The notes under the pieces are model-generated. The model did no database searches. It had not been told where the DNA came from and saw only the letters and a program-made list of their open reading frames with translations. Source: an uncultured Pelagibacteraceae bacterium (GTDB lineage Bacteria > Pseudomonadota > Alphaproteobacteria > Pelagibacterales > Pelagibacteraceae). From it: a stretch of DNA of 64,000 bases. Within the stretch, counting starts at the first letter, position 1, and every line of letters begins with the position of its first letter. The position numbers were made by a program, and so were the translations under genes. Location of the stretch: assembly GCA_902555725.1 (NCBI GenBank), contig CACDTN010000002.1, forward strand, positions 67,857 to 131,856. Reading direction: 5' to 3'. Below, in pieces: positions 39,074 through 48,971 of the stretch.

Positions 39074-39864
39074 AAGAATATTTAGTAATCGGAAATCCAA
39101 TAAAACATTCATTATCCCCTGAACTGCATAATTACTGGATAAGAGAAAATGGTATAAATGGAATTTATAGTAAAAAGGAATTAAATAAGAATAATTTAAA
39201 AGAATTTTTTTTAAAAATTAAGAATAAAGAAATAAATGGAGTAAATATTACAGTTCCTTTCAAAAGAGATGTTATTTCTTATGTAGATCAACTTAGTTTG
39301 GAGGCAGAAAAAACTCAATCTGTTAATACTGTTTATCTAAAAAATAATAAAATTATAGGGCACAATACTGATATTGATGGATTTGAACTTGCTATTAAAG
39401 ACACTAATTATGACGTCGAAGGAAAAAAAGTTTTAGTTCTTGGAGCGGGAGGTGTTGTACCATCAGTCATTTTTGCTCTTTATAAAATGAGAGCATCAAG
39501 CGTTACCGTAAGTAATAGAACAAAAACTAAAGCTGAAAATTTAAAAAATCTATTTAATGATATAGAGATAGTTGAGTGGGGTGAGGCATCAAATTTTGAT
39601 GTGATCATTAATGCTACAAGTATTGGTTTAAAAAAAGAAGATAGGTTAAACTTGGATTTTTCAAAATTCCAAAATAGTGAATTTTTTTATGATGTAATTT
39701 ATAACCCAAAAGAAACCAACTTTATAAAAGATGGTAAAAATTTAGGTAAAAAAACTGAAAATGGAAAAAAAATGTTTATTTATCAGGCCGCAAAAGCTTT
39801 TAAAATTTGGCATGGAATTGATCCAAAAATTAATGAACAAGTTATTGGACTACTCGATAAATGA
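39070..39864 (+). CDS. aroE: Shikimate dehydrogenase
   Basis: 264 aa with GNPIKHSLSPELHN, NITVPFK, NTDIDGF, the NADP motif LGAGGV and the segment NRT. Confidence 0.9.
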   Translation: MKEYLVIGNPIKHSLSPELHNYWIRENGINGIYSKKELNKNNLKEFFLKIKNKEINGVNITVPFKRDVISYVDQLSLEAEKTQSVNTVYLKNNKIIGHNTDIDGFELAIKDTNYDVEGKKVLVLGAGGVVPSVIFALYKMRASSVTVSNRTKTKAENLKNLFNDIEIVEWGEASNFDVIINATSIGLKKEDRLNLDFSKFQNSEFFYDVIYNPKETNFIKDGKNLGKKTENGKKMFIYQAAKAFKIWHGIDPKINEQVIGLLDK

Positions 39865-40430
39865 TAAAAATTGGAATTTTGGGTGATATAGGATCTGGTA
39901 AAAGTTATATAGCTAAGGAATTTGGCCATCCTGTATTTAACGCCGATCAAGAAGTAGGAAAGTTATATAAAAGAAATAAAAGAACTTTTATTAAATTAAA
40001 AAAAGTTTTACCAAAGTTTATTTATTCATTTCCAATTAATAAAAATGAAATTGTAAATGCAATATTTGCAAATAAGATAAATCTTAAAAAGATTACTAAA
40101 ATTATTCACGCTGAAATAAGAAAAGAATTGAATAAATTTTTGAAAAAACACATTAATAAAAAAATTGTTATCTTAGATATTCCACTATTGTTAGAAAATA
40201 AAATTAACAAAAAAGGTGATGTGTTAGTTTTTGTAAAATCTAATAAAAAAGATGTTCTAAAAAGATTAAAAAAAAGACCAGGCTTTAATAATAAATTATT
40301 CATTAAATTTAAAAAAATACAACTTCCACTCGACTATAAAATGAAAAAATCTAATTTTATTATTAAAAATAATTTTACGAATAAATCTGTTAAAAGAGAT
40401 ATTAAGTATATTTTAAAGAGGATTTTATAA
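39861..40430 (+). CDS. coaE: Dephospho-CoA kinase
   Basis: 189 aa with the P-loop IGILGDIGSGKSY and the segment DIPLLLEN. Confidence 0.85.
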   Translation: MIKIGILGDIGSGKSYIAKEFGHPVFNADQEVGKLYKRNKRTFIKLKKVLPKFIYSFPINKNEIVNAIFANKINLKKITKIIHAEIRKELNKFLKKHINKKIVILDIPLLLENKINKKGDVLVFVKSNKKDVLKRLKKRPGFNNKLFIKFKKIQLPLDYKMKKSNFIIKNNFTNKSVKRDIKYILKRIL

Positions 40431-41096
40431 ATGAAAGAAATTATTCTTGATACTGAAACAACTGGTTTATCAGTAAAAGATGGGCATCGATTGGTAGAAA
40501 TAGGATGTATAGAATTAGAAAATTTGATACCTACCAAGAATAAGTTTCACTGTTATTTAAATCCCGAAAGAAAAGTTTCAGAAAAAGCTCTAGAAGTTCA
40601 TGGATATACTGATGAATTCTTGTCTTCAAAAAAAAAATTTAAAGAAATAGTCCAGGAATTTTTAGATTTTATTGATGGTAAAAGATTAATTATTCATAAT
40701 GCCGAGTTTGATTTGTCTCATCTAAATAATGAGTTAAAAATTATTGGGCAAAAGATACTAAAAAATGAAATAGTTGATACTTTACAATTAGCTAGAGATA
40801 AATATCCAGGATCTCCCATAAGTCTTGATGCCCTTTGTAAAAGATATAGAATTGATAATTCTAAAAGAGTTCAACATACCGCATTAATAGACTGTGATCT
40901 ACTATCTAAAGTTTATATTAATCTAATTGATCAAAAAGAACCTACTTTAAATTTTAACAATGAGAATGCTGATAATAAATATCAAAAAGACAATAAAGTT
41001 TTATATTTTAAGAAAATTATTAAGCTAAGTGATAAGGAAAAAAATGATCATAATAAGTATTTAAGAACTAATCTTAAGAAAAACTTTTTTAATTAA
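40431..41096 (+). CDS. dnaQ: DNA polymerase III subunit epsilon (3'-5' proofreading exonuclease)
   Basis: 221 aa with Exo I ILDTETTGL, Exo II IIHNAEFDLSHL and Exo III HTALIDCDLL. Confidence 0.92.
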   Translation: MKEIILDTETTGLSVKDGHRLVEIGCIELENLIPTKNKFHCYLNPERKVSEKALEVHGYTDEFLSSKKKFKEIVQEFLDFIDGKRLIIHNAEFDLSHLNNELKIIGQKILKNEIVDTLQLARDKYPGSPISLDALCKRYRIDNSKRVQHTALIDCDLLSKVYINLIDQKEPTLNFNNENADNKYQKDNKVLYFKKIIKLSDKEKNDHNKYLRTNLKKNFFN

Positions 41097-41514
41097 ATTT
41101 TTTATTATAAAGTTCTTCGAAATCAATTTTTTTTTCAAATTTAATATTAGGAAAACCAGACATCTTCAGAAGGTTTAGTAGTGCTTCTTCCATTTCTGAA
41201 TACATATCTTTTTGTACGTCACATAAAATAATTTTCTGTAAAATTTTTTTCTCTTTAATCTCTTTTTCTAATCTTATAATTATTGCGTAGGTTAATTCAA
41301 AATGAGATTTTTTTTTACTTTCACTGTTATCATGAAATTTTAATATAGTATTTATTTCAATAATTTGATTTTTCAGAGGTTTTGAAGAGATTTCAATATT
41401 CATTTGATATTTAGATATATAATCTTTTACATATAAATATGTTTCAACATCTGGAGTTTCACCAGAGATATCTTTTATAAATTTACTTATAATCTTATAA
41501 TTTTCGCTCATCAT
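41089..41514 (-). CDS. secB: Protein-export chaperone SecB
   Basis: 141 aa. KFIKDISGETPD (compare YxKDxSFExP) and the overall size and acidic composition fit SecB. The neighbouring fxsA and Tim44-like gene match the usual alphaproteobacterial arrangement. Confidence 0.75.
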   Translation of the reverse strand: MMSENYKIISKFIKDISGETPDVETYLYVKDYISKYQMNIEISSKPLKNQIIEINTILKFHDNSESKKKSHFELTYAIIIRLEKEIKEKKILQKIILCDVQKDMYSEMEEALLNLLKMSGFPNIKFEKKIDFEELYNKKFN

Positions 41515-41920
41515 CTTCCTCTATATCTTCAAATTCACCTTCTATATAAGGTTTTTTATTTTTTTTTTCATTGCTAAATTTTTTAATAAATTTTCCAAAT
41601 ATTAATTTTCTGGTTAATGGAAAGACCAAAAGAAATCCTAGGATATCAGTAGCAAACCCTGGTATTATCAGAAGTAATGCAGCAAAAGCAATTGCTGCTC
41701 CAGAGATTATCTCATAAGCAGGCAGCTCATTCTTAACTAATTGTGAAAATCCTGATTTAAGTGTGTTTAATCCCTCATACCTTGCATAAATTACTCCTAT
41801 AATTGCCGTGATGAATATTAAAGAAATAGTGTTAAAAGCTCCAATCTGACTACCTATTTTTATAAATAAATAAATTTCGATTATTGGCACTAATATTATT
41901 GTAATTAAAACTGTGTTCAT
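41495..41920 (-). CDS. fxsA: FxsA-family inner-membrane protein
   Basis: 141 aa with IIEIYLFIKIGSQIGAFNTISLIFITAIIGV and PGFATDILGFLLVFPLTR. Confidence 0.85.
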   Translation of the reverse strand: MNTVLITIILVPIIEIYLFIKIGSQIGAFNTISLIFITAIIGVIYARYEGLNTLKSGFSQLVKNELPAYEIISGAAIAFAALLLIIPGFATDILGFLLVFPLTRKLIFGKFIKKFSNEKKNKKPYIEGEFEDIEEDDERKL

Positions 41921-41977
41921 TTGTCTTTAATTTAATTCCTAGTTGAAATTAATCAACATAGTAATTAAATTACTTAT

Positions 41978-42574
41978 ATGAATTATAGTTTTGAATATAT
42001 AGATATTATTTTATTAGCAATGATTGCTGGGTTCATTGTTTTAAGATTAAGAGGAATTCTTGGTAAAAGAACTGGTTTTGAAGGTAAAACACCACCTCAA
42101 TTTGAAAATATTTTAAAAAAAGTTCATCAAGAAAATAAAATAAAACAAAATGAAAATTTTGATGAAAATGCTCAAAAGGAATTTCTAAAAGGAGCAAAAA
42201 TTGCATATGAAACTATAATTACAGATTTCAGTGATAACGATAATAAGCTTATCGCAAGCAAGCCCTTACTTAGTAAAAAAATTTATGATGAGTTTAACAA
42301 AGCTCTAATAGAAAGAAGTCAGAGAGGACATTTTGCTGAAATAACTTTTATAGGTGTCAACTCTGCAGATATTAAGGAACATAAAAAGGTTGATAAAGTT
42401 TTAAAAGTAACTGTAGATTTTGTTAGCGAAATCATTACTTGCATTAGAGATAAAGAAAAAAAAATTATCTCTGGTAGTCCAGATAAAATTAAAAAAATTT
42501 ATGATACTTGGACATTTTCGAGAGATACGAGCTCGCAAAATCCAAATTGGTTACTTGTAAACACCATAAATTAG
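41978..42574 (+). CDS. Tim44-like domain protein (bacterial homologue of mitochondrial import subunit Tim44)
   Basis: 198 aa with an N-terminal TM helix and a C-terminal Tim44-type domain (AKIAYETIITDF..., DTWTFSRD...NPNWLLV). Confidence 0.8.
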   Translation: MNYSFEYIDIILLAMIAGFIVLRLRGILGKRTGFEGKTPPQFENILKKVHQENKIKQNENFDENAQKEFLKGAKIAYETIITDFSDNDNKLIASKPLLSKKIYDEFNKALIERSQRGHFAEITFIGVNSADIKEHKKVDKVLKVTVDFVSEIITCIRDKEKKIISGSPDKIKKIYDTWTFSRDTSSQNPNWLLVNTIN

Positions 42575-42997
42575 GTGAATAGTAAAATTTCAGATAAAGA
42601 TAAAAAAGATTGGGAAGAGTTTTTATCAAAAGATCAAAAATTACCAAACAAGGATAATTCTAAAAAAAAACTTGAAAGAGGCAAGGTAATTTCAATTGAC
42701 CTTCATGGCTATACTTTGGATGAAGCAAATCACACTGTGGAAAAATTGATAATTAAATCTTTTGAAAATAATATATCTAAATTAATAATTGTTACTGGCA
42801 AAGGTCTTCATTCAGACAATATAAGTGATCCTTATGTTTCAAAAAATTTAAGCATATTGAAATATTCTGTACCCGAATTTATTAAAAAGAACCAAGAATT
42901 AATGACGAAGATTAACGATATAAAAGAAGCTGATATTAAAGATGGTGGAGATGGTGCTTTTTATATATTTTTAAAAAAAAATAATCTATCTATCTAA
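42575..42997 (+). CDS. Smr-domain protein
   Basis: 140 aa. The GTG start comes immediately after the Tim44-like stop. Smr motifs IDLHGYTLDEA and IVTGKGLHS are present. Confidence 0.8.
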   Translation: MNSKISDKDKKDWEEFLSKDQKLPNKDNSKKKLERGKVISIDLHGYTLDEANHTVEKLIIKSFENNISKLIIVTGKGLHSDNISDPYVSKNLSILKYSVPEFIKKNQELMTKINDIKEADIKDGGDGAFYIFLKKNNLSI

Positions 42998-43025
42998 AGA
43001 ATTATAAAAAAATAATATTCTACAT

Positions 43026-43868
43026 ATGATAATTTGGTTAGCATCTTACCCTAAAAGTGGGAATACATTAGTTAGATCCTTATTGGCTTCTTACATATTC
43101 TCAAATGATGGAAATTTTAATTTTGAATTGCTTAAAAATATTAAACAATTTCCTGACAACTCTTTATTTAAACAGATAGGTGTAGATACAAATAATGAAG
43201 AAGAAATGTACAAAAATTATATTAATTCTCAAAAAATTTTTTATAATAAAGATTCTATAAGATTTTTAAAAACTCATAGTTGTTTTGTAAATAAAGAAGG
43301 TTTTAGATTTACCGATGGACACAACACATTAGGAGTAATTTATATTGTTAGAGATCCAAGAAATATTGTTACCTCGTTTTCTCATCATTTTCAGCAAACA
43401 CCAAAACAGTCTCTAGAAAGCTTATTGTCTCATCAATATTTAGGTAAAACATCTGAAAAACACGCTTTAACTTATCTCGGTTCATGGAAATATCATTACA
43501 ATTCATGGAAAGTTTTTGAAGATTATAATCGATATTTATTAATTCGATATGAAGATTTAATTTCTGATACTGAACAAACTTTCTTAAAAATTTTAAAGTT
43601 TATTTCACTTCTAGCTAAAAAGAAATTTACACTTGATAAAGATAAATTTAGAAATACTTTAAATACAACTAAGTTTGATAAAATGCAAAAATTAGAAGCA
43701 TCAGAAAGTTTTGATGAAGCAAAAATAAATATGAAAACTGGTGAAAAAATAAAATTTTTTAATTTAGGTGTTGATAATGATTGGAAAAAAATTTTAGATC
43801 CAGAGATTAAAAAATCTTTAGAAAAAGAACTTCAAAACGAACTAAAAGAACTTAAATATATATCGTAA
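43026..43868 (+). CDS. Sulfotransferase-domain protein (Sulfotransfer_1-like), paralogue 1
   Basis: 280 aa. The N-terminal ASYPKSGNT is a 5'-phosphosulfate-binding loop (compare PKSGTTW). IYIVRDPRN is a 3'-phosphate-binding motif, and RYEDL is also present. Confidence 0.8.
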   Translation: MIIWLASYPKSGNTLVRSLLASYIFSNDGNFNFELLKNIKQFPDNSLFKQIGVDTNNEEEMYKNYINSQKIFYNKDSIRFLKTHSCFVNKEGFRFTDGHNTLGVIYIVRDPRNIVTSFSHHFQQTPKQSLESLLSHQYLGKTSEKHALTYLGSWKYHYNSWKVFEDYNRYLLIRYEDLISDTEQTFLKILKFISLLAKKKFTLDKDKFRNTLNTTKFDKMQKLEASESFDEAKINMKTGEKIKFFNLGVDNDWKKILDPEIKKSLEKELQNELKELKYIS

Positions 43869-43870
43869 TT

Positions 43871-45247
43871 TTAGAGAATAAACTTTGATAAATCTGTATC
43901 TTTTACAAGATTGTCCAAATTTTTATCTATATATTCTTTATTGATTGTAATTTTTTCACCTGATCGATCTGTTGCTGTGAAACTTATTTCATCTAATATT
44001 TTTTCTATAATAGTATGTAGTCTTCTAGCCCCTATGTTTTCTACTGTTGAATTTACTTCAGAGGCTATATTTGCGATTGCATCTATTCCATCTTCAGAAA
44101 ATTCAAGTTCAACATTTTCAGTTTTTAACAAAGCAACATATTGTTTAATCAAACTAAAATCAGGCTCTTTAAGTATTCTTTTAAAATCCTCACTTGTTAA
44201 TGCTTCTAATTCCACTCGTATAGGTAGTCTACCTTGAAGTTCAGGTAATAAGTCAGATGGCTTAGCAAGTTGGAATGCCCCAGATGCAATAAATAAAATA
44301 TGATCAGTTTTAATAGGCCCATATTTAGTATTAACAGTTGTACCCTCTATTAACGGTAATAAATCTCTTTGTACACCTTCTCTAGAAACATCTCCTCCAA
44401 CTCTATCAGTCCTTCCAGATATTTTATCAATCTCATCTAAAAAAACTATTCCATTATTTTCAGTTGAAATTTTTGCTGCTTTAATAATCTTATCTTGCTC
44501 AATTAATTTATCAGACTCGTCATTGATTAAAATTTCATGAGACTCTTTAACTGACATTTTTTTCTTTTTTTCTTTACCACCCATAGATTTTCCAAGCATT
44601 TCTCCAATGTTTATCATACCAACATTCGCACCAGGCATACCTGGTATTTCAAAAGATGTACCATTGTTAGATCCACTGTCATTTACAGAAATTTCAATTT
44701 CGTTGTTGTCTAAGTCACCATTTCTTAATCTTTTTCTAAAACTTTCTCTTGTAGCAAGACTTGCTTTTTTTCCAACTAAAGCATCTAGAACTTTTTCTTC
44801 CGCTAATTTTTGAGCTTGAGCAAAAACTTCTTTTCTTTTTTTCACTTTTTCCATAGCAATAGCAATTTCAACTAAATCTCTTACAATTTGTTCTACATCT
44901 CTTCCCACATAACCAACTTCAGTAAATCTCGTGGCTTCAACTTTTACAAATGGTGCTTCAGCAAGTTTTGAAAGTCTCCGTGATATTTCAGTTTTACCAA
45001 CTCCAGTTGGACCAATCATTAAAATATTTTTAGGTAAAACTTCATTTTTCATTTCCCCTTTAAGGGCTTGTCTTCTCCATCTGTTTCTTAATGCGACAGC
45101 CACAGCCTTTTTGGCTTTGTTTTGTCCTACCACGAACCGATCCAATTCTGAAACTATTTCTCTCGGTGATAAAGAGCTTACAAGATTTAAACTTTCGTCA
45201 ATATTTTTATCTTTAGGTACTAGAGGAGTTACGTTAGATTTTTCCAT
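43871..45247 (-). CDS. hslU: ATP-dependent protease ATPase subunit HslU
   Basis: 458 aa with the Walker A motif [15 protein letters not shown] and the segment [10 protein letters not shown]. Confidence 0.98.
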   Translation of the reverse strand: MEKSNVTPLVPKDKNIDESLNLVSSLSPREIVSELDRFVVGQNKAKKAVAVALRNRWRRQALKGEMKNEVLPKNILMIGPTGVGKTEISRRLSKLAEAPFVKVEATRFTEVGYVGRDVEQIVRDLVEIAIAMEKVKKRKEVFAQAQKLAEEKVLDALVGKKASLATRESFRKRLRNGDLDNNEIEISVNDSGSNNGTSFEIPGMPGANVGMINIGEMLGKSMGGKEKKKKMSVKESHEILINDESDKLIEQDKIIKAAKISTENNGIVFLDEIDKISGRTDRVGGDVSREGVQRDLLPLIEGTTVNTKYGPIKTDHILFIASGAFQLAKPSDLLPELQGRLPIRVELEALTSEDFKRILKEPDFSLIKQYVALLKTENVELEFSEDGIDAIANIASEVNSTVENIGARRLHTIIEKILDEISFTATDRSGEKITINKEYIDKNLDNLVKDTDLSKFIL

Positions 45248-45762
45248 TATATTTTTTCAATTTTAATATTATTATTTGTAAAAACACAAATTTCTGAGGC
45301 AACTTCGATTGCTTTTTTTGCAACTTGTTCAGCACTCATATCTGTTCCAATTAAAACTTTTCCTGCTGCTAAGGCATAATTTCCACCAGACCCTATTCCT
45401 ATGATGTCTCCTTCAGGCTCTAATACATCCCCTGTTCCAGAGATGATATAGCTATTCTCTTTATCTCCAATAGCCATAAGAGCTTCCAGTCTTCTCAAAT
45501 ATTTATCTGTCCGCCAATCTTTAGCCAACTCCACTGCAGCTCTAGACAAGTTTCCTGCGTGTTTTTCTATTTTAGCCTCTAATCTTTCAAATAAAGTTAA
45601 TGCATCTGCTGTAGAGCCGGCAAAACCAGCTACAACTTCTCTTTTTTCAATTTTTCTTACTTTAGATGCAGTGCTTTTAACAACAGTATTTCCCATACTC
45701 ACTTGGCCATCACCTGCGACGACTACTTCATTATTTTTTCTTACTAATACAATCGTTGTCAT
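45247..45762 (-). CDS. hslV: ATP-dependent protease peptidase subunit HslV
   Basis: 171 aa. The N-terminus [22 protein letters not shown] carries the catalytic Thr right after the initiator Met. Confidence 0.98.
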   Translation of the reverse strand: MTTIVLVRKNNEVVVAGDGQVSMGNTVVKSTASKVRKIEKREVVAGFAGSTADALTLFERLEAKIEKHAGNLSRAAVELAKDWRTDKYLRRLEALMAIGDKENSYIISGTGDVLEPEGDIIGIGSGGNYALAAGKVLIGTDMSAEQVAKKAIEVASEICVFTNNNIKIEKI

Positions 45763-45767
45763 AGCCT

Positions 45768-45797
45768 ATAAATGGATACTAAATTCAATAGTTCAAG
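45768..45797 (-). promoter_or_regulatory. Candidate RpoH (sigma-32)-type promoter of hslVU
   Basis: The minus strand reads CTTGAA-ctattgaatttagtat-CCATTTAT-aggct-ATG. hslVU is a classical heat-shock operon. The -10-like element ends 5 nt before the start codon. Confidence 0.35.
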
Positions 45798-45853
45798 CCC
45801 AGGTTTAGTATTATTGCCATAATTGAATAATATATGTATACCTAATTTTAATT

Positions 45854-46444
45854 ATGAAGCGTAAAGGCAAAATTAGTAGAAAAACAAAAGAGACTAGTAT
45901 TAGTGTTGATATTAATATTGATGGTAAAGGAAAATATAAAATTGATACTGGGATAGGTTTTTTAAATCATATGCTAGAACAATTATCCAAGCACTCATCA
46001 ATTGATATGAATATTAAAGCTAAAGGTGACACTCATATTGACCTTCATCACACAACAGAGGACACTGGGATTGCAATAGGTGAGGCATTAAAAAAAGCTT
46101 TGAAAAAATCTGTTGGTATAAGAAGATATGCTCACGCAATGATACCTATGGATGAAACTTTGTCACGTGTTGCTATAGATATTTCTAATAGACCTTATTT
46201 GATTTGGAAAGTTAAGCTCAAAGTAGAAAAACTTGGAGAAATGGATACGGAATTGTTTAAAGAGTGGTTTCAAGCTTTTGCCCAAGCTGCCGGAATTACT
46301 TTACACGTTGAGAATATTTATGGTGATAACAGTCACCACATTATTGAATCTTGTTTTAAAGGATTGGCAAGATCATTAAGAACCGCGTTAGAAATGGACC
46401 CTAGGAATAGAAAAACAATTCCATCGACCAAAGGTTCTTTATAA
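45854..46444 (+). CDS. hisB: Imidazoleglycerol-phosphate dehydratase
   Basis: 196 aa with the motifs [14 protein letters not shown] and [17 protein letters not shown]. Confidence 0.97.
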   Translation: MKRKGKISRKTKETSISVDINIDGKGKYKIDTGIGFLNHMLEQLSKHSSIDMNIKAKGDTHIDLHHTTEDTGIAIGEALKKALKKSVGIRRYAHAMIPMDETLSRVAIDISNRPYLIWKVKLKVEKLGEMDTELFKEWFQAFAQAAGITLHVENIYGDNSHHIIESCFKGLARSLRTALEMDPRNRKTIPSTKGSL

Positions 46445-46449
46445 GTTTA

Positions 46450-47076
46450 ATGAACGTCACCATTGTCGATTATAATTCGGGCAATATAAGCTCAGTGATA
46501 AACTCCTTTAAGGAGGTTGCTAAAAGTAAAGTAAATATTGAAGTTACCTCAGATTTAAAAAAGATCAAATCAAGTGATAAAGTAGTTTTACCAGGACAGG
46601 GTTCATTTAAGAGCTGTGTGGATGCTTTAAATAAAATTAATGGTCTGATAGACAGTTTAAATGAATTTGCAATAAATAATAAAAAACCGCTTCTTGGAAT
46701 TTGTGTTGGTTTACAAATGTTTGCTGATATTGGTTATGAAGAAACAGAAACTAAAGGCCTTGGTTGGATTTCAGGTAAAGTTTCAAAAATAGATAATCAA
46801 GACGGAAAATTTAAACTTCCTCATATTGGTTGGAATCAAATTAATATTGTTAAAGATAGTAAAATTTTTCAAAAAATAGAAAATAATTCTCATATGTATT
46901 TCGTACATAGTTATGAATTTGTGCCAAATGAAAAAAATGTAATTTCAGCTACAACAGATTATTCATCAAATATTGTTTGTTCAGTTGAGAAGGAAAATAT
47001 ATTTGGAACTCAATTTCACCCTGAAAAGAGTGATAAAATAGGATTACAAGTAATAAAAAATTTTATAAATTTATAG
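46450..47076 (+). CDS. hisH: Imidazole glycerol phosphate synthase, glutamine amidotransferase subunit
   Basis: 208 aa with the catalytic segment LLGICVGLQM and FGTQFHPEKS. Confidence 0.95.
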   Translation: MNVTIVDYNSGNISSVINSFKEVAKSKVNIEVTSDLKKIKSSDKVVLPGQGSFKSCVDALNKINGLIDSLNEFAINNKKPLLGICVGLQMFADIGYEETETKGLGWISGKVSKIDNQDGKFKLPHIGWNQINIVKDSKIFQKIENNSHMYFVHSYEFVPNEKNVISATTDYSSNIVCSVEKENIFGTQFHPEKSDKIGLQVIKNFINL

Positions 47077-47092
47077 TTATGAATTGGTTAAA

Positions 47093-47236
47093 ATGAGTAA
47101 ATTCTTATTAATAACTCTTTGTTATTTTGTACTTACTTCATGTCAAAATATTCAAAATGTAGAAAATACAAAGAAAAAAAGTTTGAATAAAGAATTTACA
47201 ATTTCTATTGAACCTAATTTAAAAACTAATAAATGA
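47093..47236 (+). CDS. Small (47 aa) putative lipoprotein embedded in the his operon (not in the ORF track)
   Basis: My own translation is [47 protein letters not shown], with a lipobox LTSC. Its stop overlaps the hisA start (ATGA). It fills the only sizeable gap in the operon. Confidence 0.45.
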   Translation: MSKFLLITLCYFVLTSCQNIQNVENTKKKSLNKEFTISIEPNLKTNK

Positions 47237-47949
47237 AGATATTTCCAGCGATAGATATTAAAGATAAAAAGTGTGTAAGATTAGTCAAAGGAGATTTTGA
47301 TAATAAAACTGAGTATGAAATTTCACCGGTTGAACAAGCTGGAAAATATAAAGATCATGGTTTTAAAAATTTACACGTTGTTGATCTAGATGGGGCATTA
47401 ATTGGTGAAACAGTAAATCTAGATATTATTCAAGACATAATAGGTAAATTTGATTTAAAGGTTGAGATAGGTGGAGGTATCAGAAATTTAGAAAGTATCC
47501 AGAAATATACTGATGTCGGTGCTGAGAAAGTTATTCTAGGAAGTGCTGCTATAAAAGATAAAAATTTTTTAAAAGAAGCATGTAAAAAATTCCCAAATAA
47601 AATTGCTTTAGGTTTAGATGCTAAAGATGGGTTATTGTCAGTATCTGGATGGAAAGAAAATTCTAATCAATTAACTTTAGATTACTTAAAAGAAGTAAAT
47701 GATTATGGTGTAAGTAGATTGATTTTCACAGATATCAATCGAGATGGAATGAAACAAAGCCCAAATTTCGAGGAAACTTCAAAAGTTGCTGATACATCTA
47801 ACTGCCCAGTCATAATTTCTGGAGGCGTATCCTCAATTAATGATGTTAAAAAAGCAAAAAGTTTAAAAAATATTGAAGGAATAATAGTTGGTAAAGCTAT
47901 TTATGATGGTGATATTAAATTAGCAGAACTAGTGAAGGAAGATGCTTAA
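47233..47949 (+). CDS. hisA: 1-(5-phosphoribosyl)-5-[(5-phosphoribosylamino)methylideneamino]imidazole-4-carboxamide isomerase
   Basis: 238 aa with the motifs [23 protein letters not shown] and FTDINRDGM. Confidence 0.95.
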   Translation: MKIFPAIDIKDKKCVRLVKGDFDNKTEYEISPVEQAGKYKDHGFKNLHVVDLDGALIGETVNLDIIQDIIGKFDLKVEIGGGIRNLESIQKYTDVGAEKVILGSAAIKDKNFLKEACKKFPNKIALGLDAKDGLLSVSGWKENSNQLTLDYLKEVNDYGVSRLIFTDINRDGMKQSPNFEETSKVADTSNCPVIISGGVSSINDVKKAKSLKNIEGIIVGKAIYDGDIKLAELVKEDA

Positions 47950-48697
47950 AAATAGAATAATTCCATGTTTAGACGTTAAAAATGGCCGTGTAGTTAAAGG
48001 AATAAACTTTGTAGGCCTTAAGGATGCAGGAGACCCTGTCGAGCAAGCAAAAATTTATAGTGATGGTGGTGCAGATGAAATTTGTTTTTTAGATATTACT
48101 GCTTCCAATGAAAATAGAGATACAATTTACGATGTCGTTGAGCAAACCTCAAAGAAATGTTTTGTTCCTTTGACCGTTGGAGGTGGAGTGAGAAGTGTTG
48201 AAGATATTTCAAAGTTACTTAATTGTGGTGCAGATAAAGTTTCAATAAATACAGCTGCAGTCGAAAATTCAAAAGTTGTTATCGACAGTTCAAAAAAGTT
48301 TGGATCTCAATGTATTGTAGTTGCAATAGATGCTAAAAAGAATGGAAATAAATGGGAAGTATTTACACATGGAGGAAGAAATAATAGCGGTATTGATACC
48401 TTAGAGTACGCAAAACAAATGGAAGAAAATGGTGCTGGAGAACTATTAGTAACTTCAATGGATAGAGATGGAACTCAAGTTGGTTATGACATTGATCTAA
48501 TGTCTAAAATTTCATCTAAAGTTAATATTCCTATAATTGCATCAGGTGGTGTTGGGAACTTAGATCATTTAGTTGATGGTATAAAGTTAGGAAATGCAAG
48601 TGCAGTTCTAGCGGCGTCTATATTTCATTATGGAAAACATTCTATAAAAGAAGCCAAGGAATATTTGGACTCAAAGGGAATACCTGTTAGAATTTAG
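47942..48697 (+). CDS. hisF: Imidazole glycerol phosphate synthase, cyclase subunit
   Basis: 251 aa with the motifs [35 protein letters not shown] and SMDRDGT. Confidence 0.97.
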   Translation: MLKNRIIPCLDVKNGRVVKGINFVGLKDAGDPVEQAKIYSDGGADEICFLDITASNENRDTIYDVVEQTSKKCFVPLTVGGGVRSVEDISKLLNCGADKVSINTAAVENSKVVIDSSKKFGSQCIVVAIDAKKNGNKWEVFTHGGRNNSGIDTLEYAKQMEENGAGELLVTSMDRDGTQVGYDIDLMSKISSKVNIPIIASGGVGNLDHLVDGIKLGNASAVLAASIFHYGKHSIKEAKEYLDSKGIPVRI

Positions 48698-48698
48698 A

Positions 48699-48971
48699 AT
48701 GCTTAATACTTTAGAAAATTTGTTCAGTCTCGCTAGAGATAGAAAAAAATCTCCGAAAGAAGGATCATATACAAACAAATTACTTAACGATAAATCTTTA
48801 AGTAAAGCAAAAGTTTTAGAAGAGATAAATGAATTAATAGAGGCTGTAGAAAAAGATTCTAATAAAATTCATGAGGCAGCAGATGTTTTTTATCATTTGA
48901 TAATGTATCTTGAGGCAAATGATATAAAAGTTGAGGACGTAATGAGTGAGCTCGATAAAAGAAAAAAATGA
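48699..48971 (+). CDS. hisE: Phosphoribosyl-ATP pyrophosphatase
   Basis: 90 aa with GSYTNKLL and EEINELIEA...EAADVFYHLIMYL. Confidence 0.9.
   Translation: MLNTLENLFSLARDRKKSPKEGSYTNKLLNDKSLSKAKVLEEINELIEAVEKDSNKIHEAADVFYHLIMYLEANDIKVEDVMSELDKRKK

Noticed and set aside
47079-47096. A tiny ORF, ATGAATTGGTTAAAATGA (MNWLK), follows hisH.
   Set aside because: Five codons carry no support. The overlapping 47-aa lipobox ORF starting at 47093 is the more plausible occupant of the gap.
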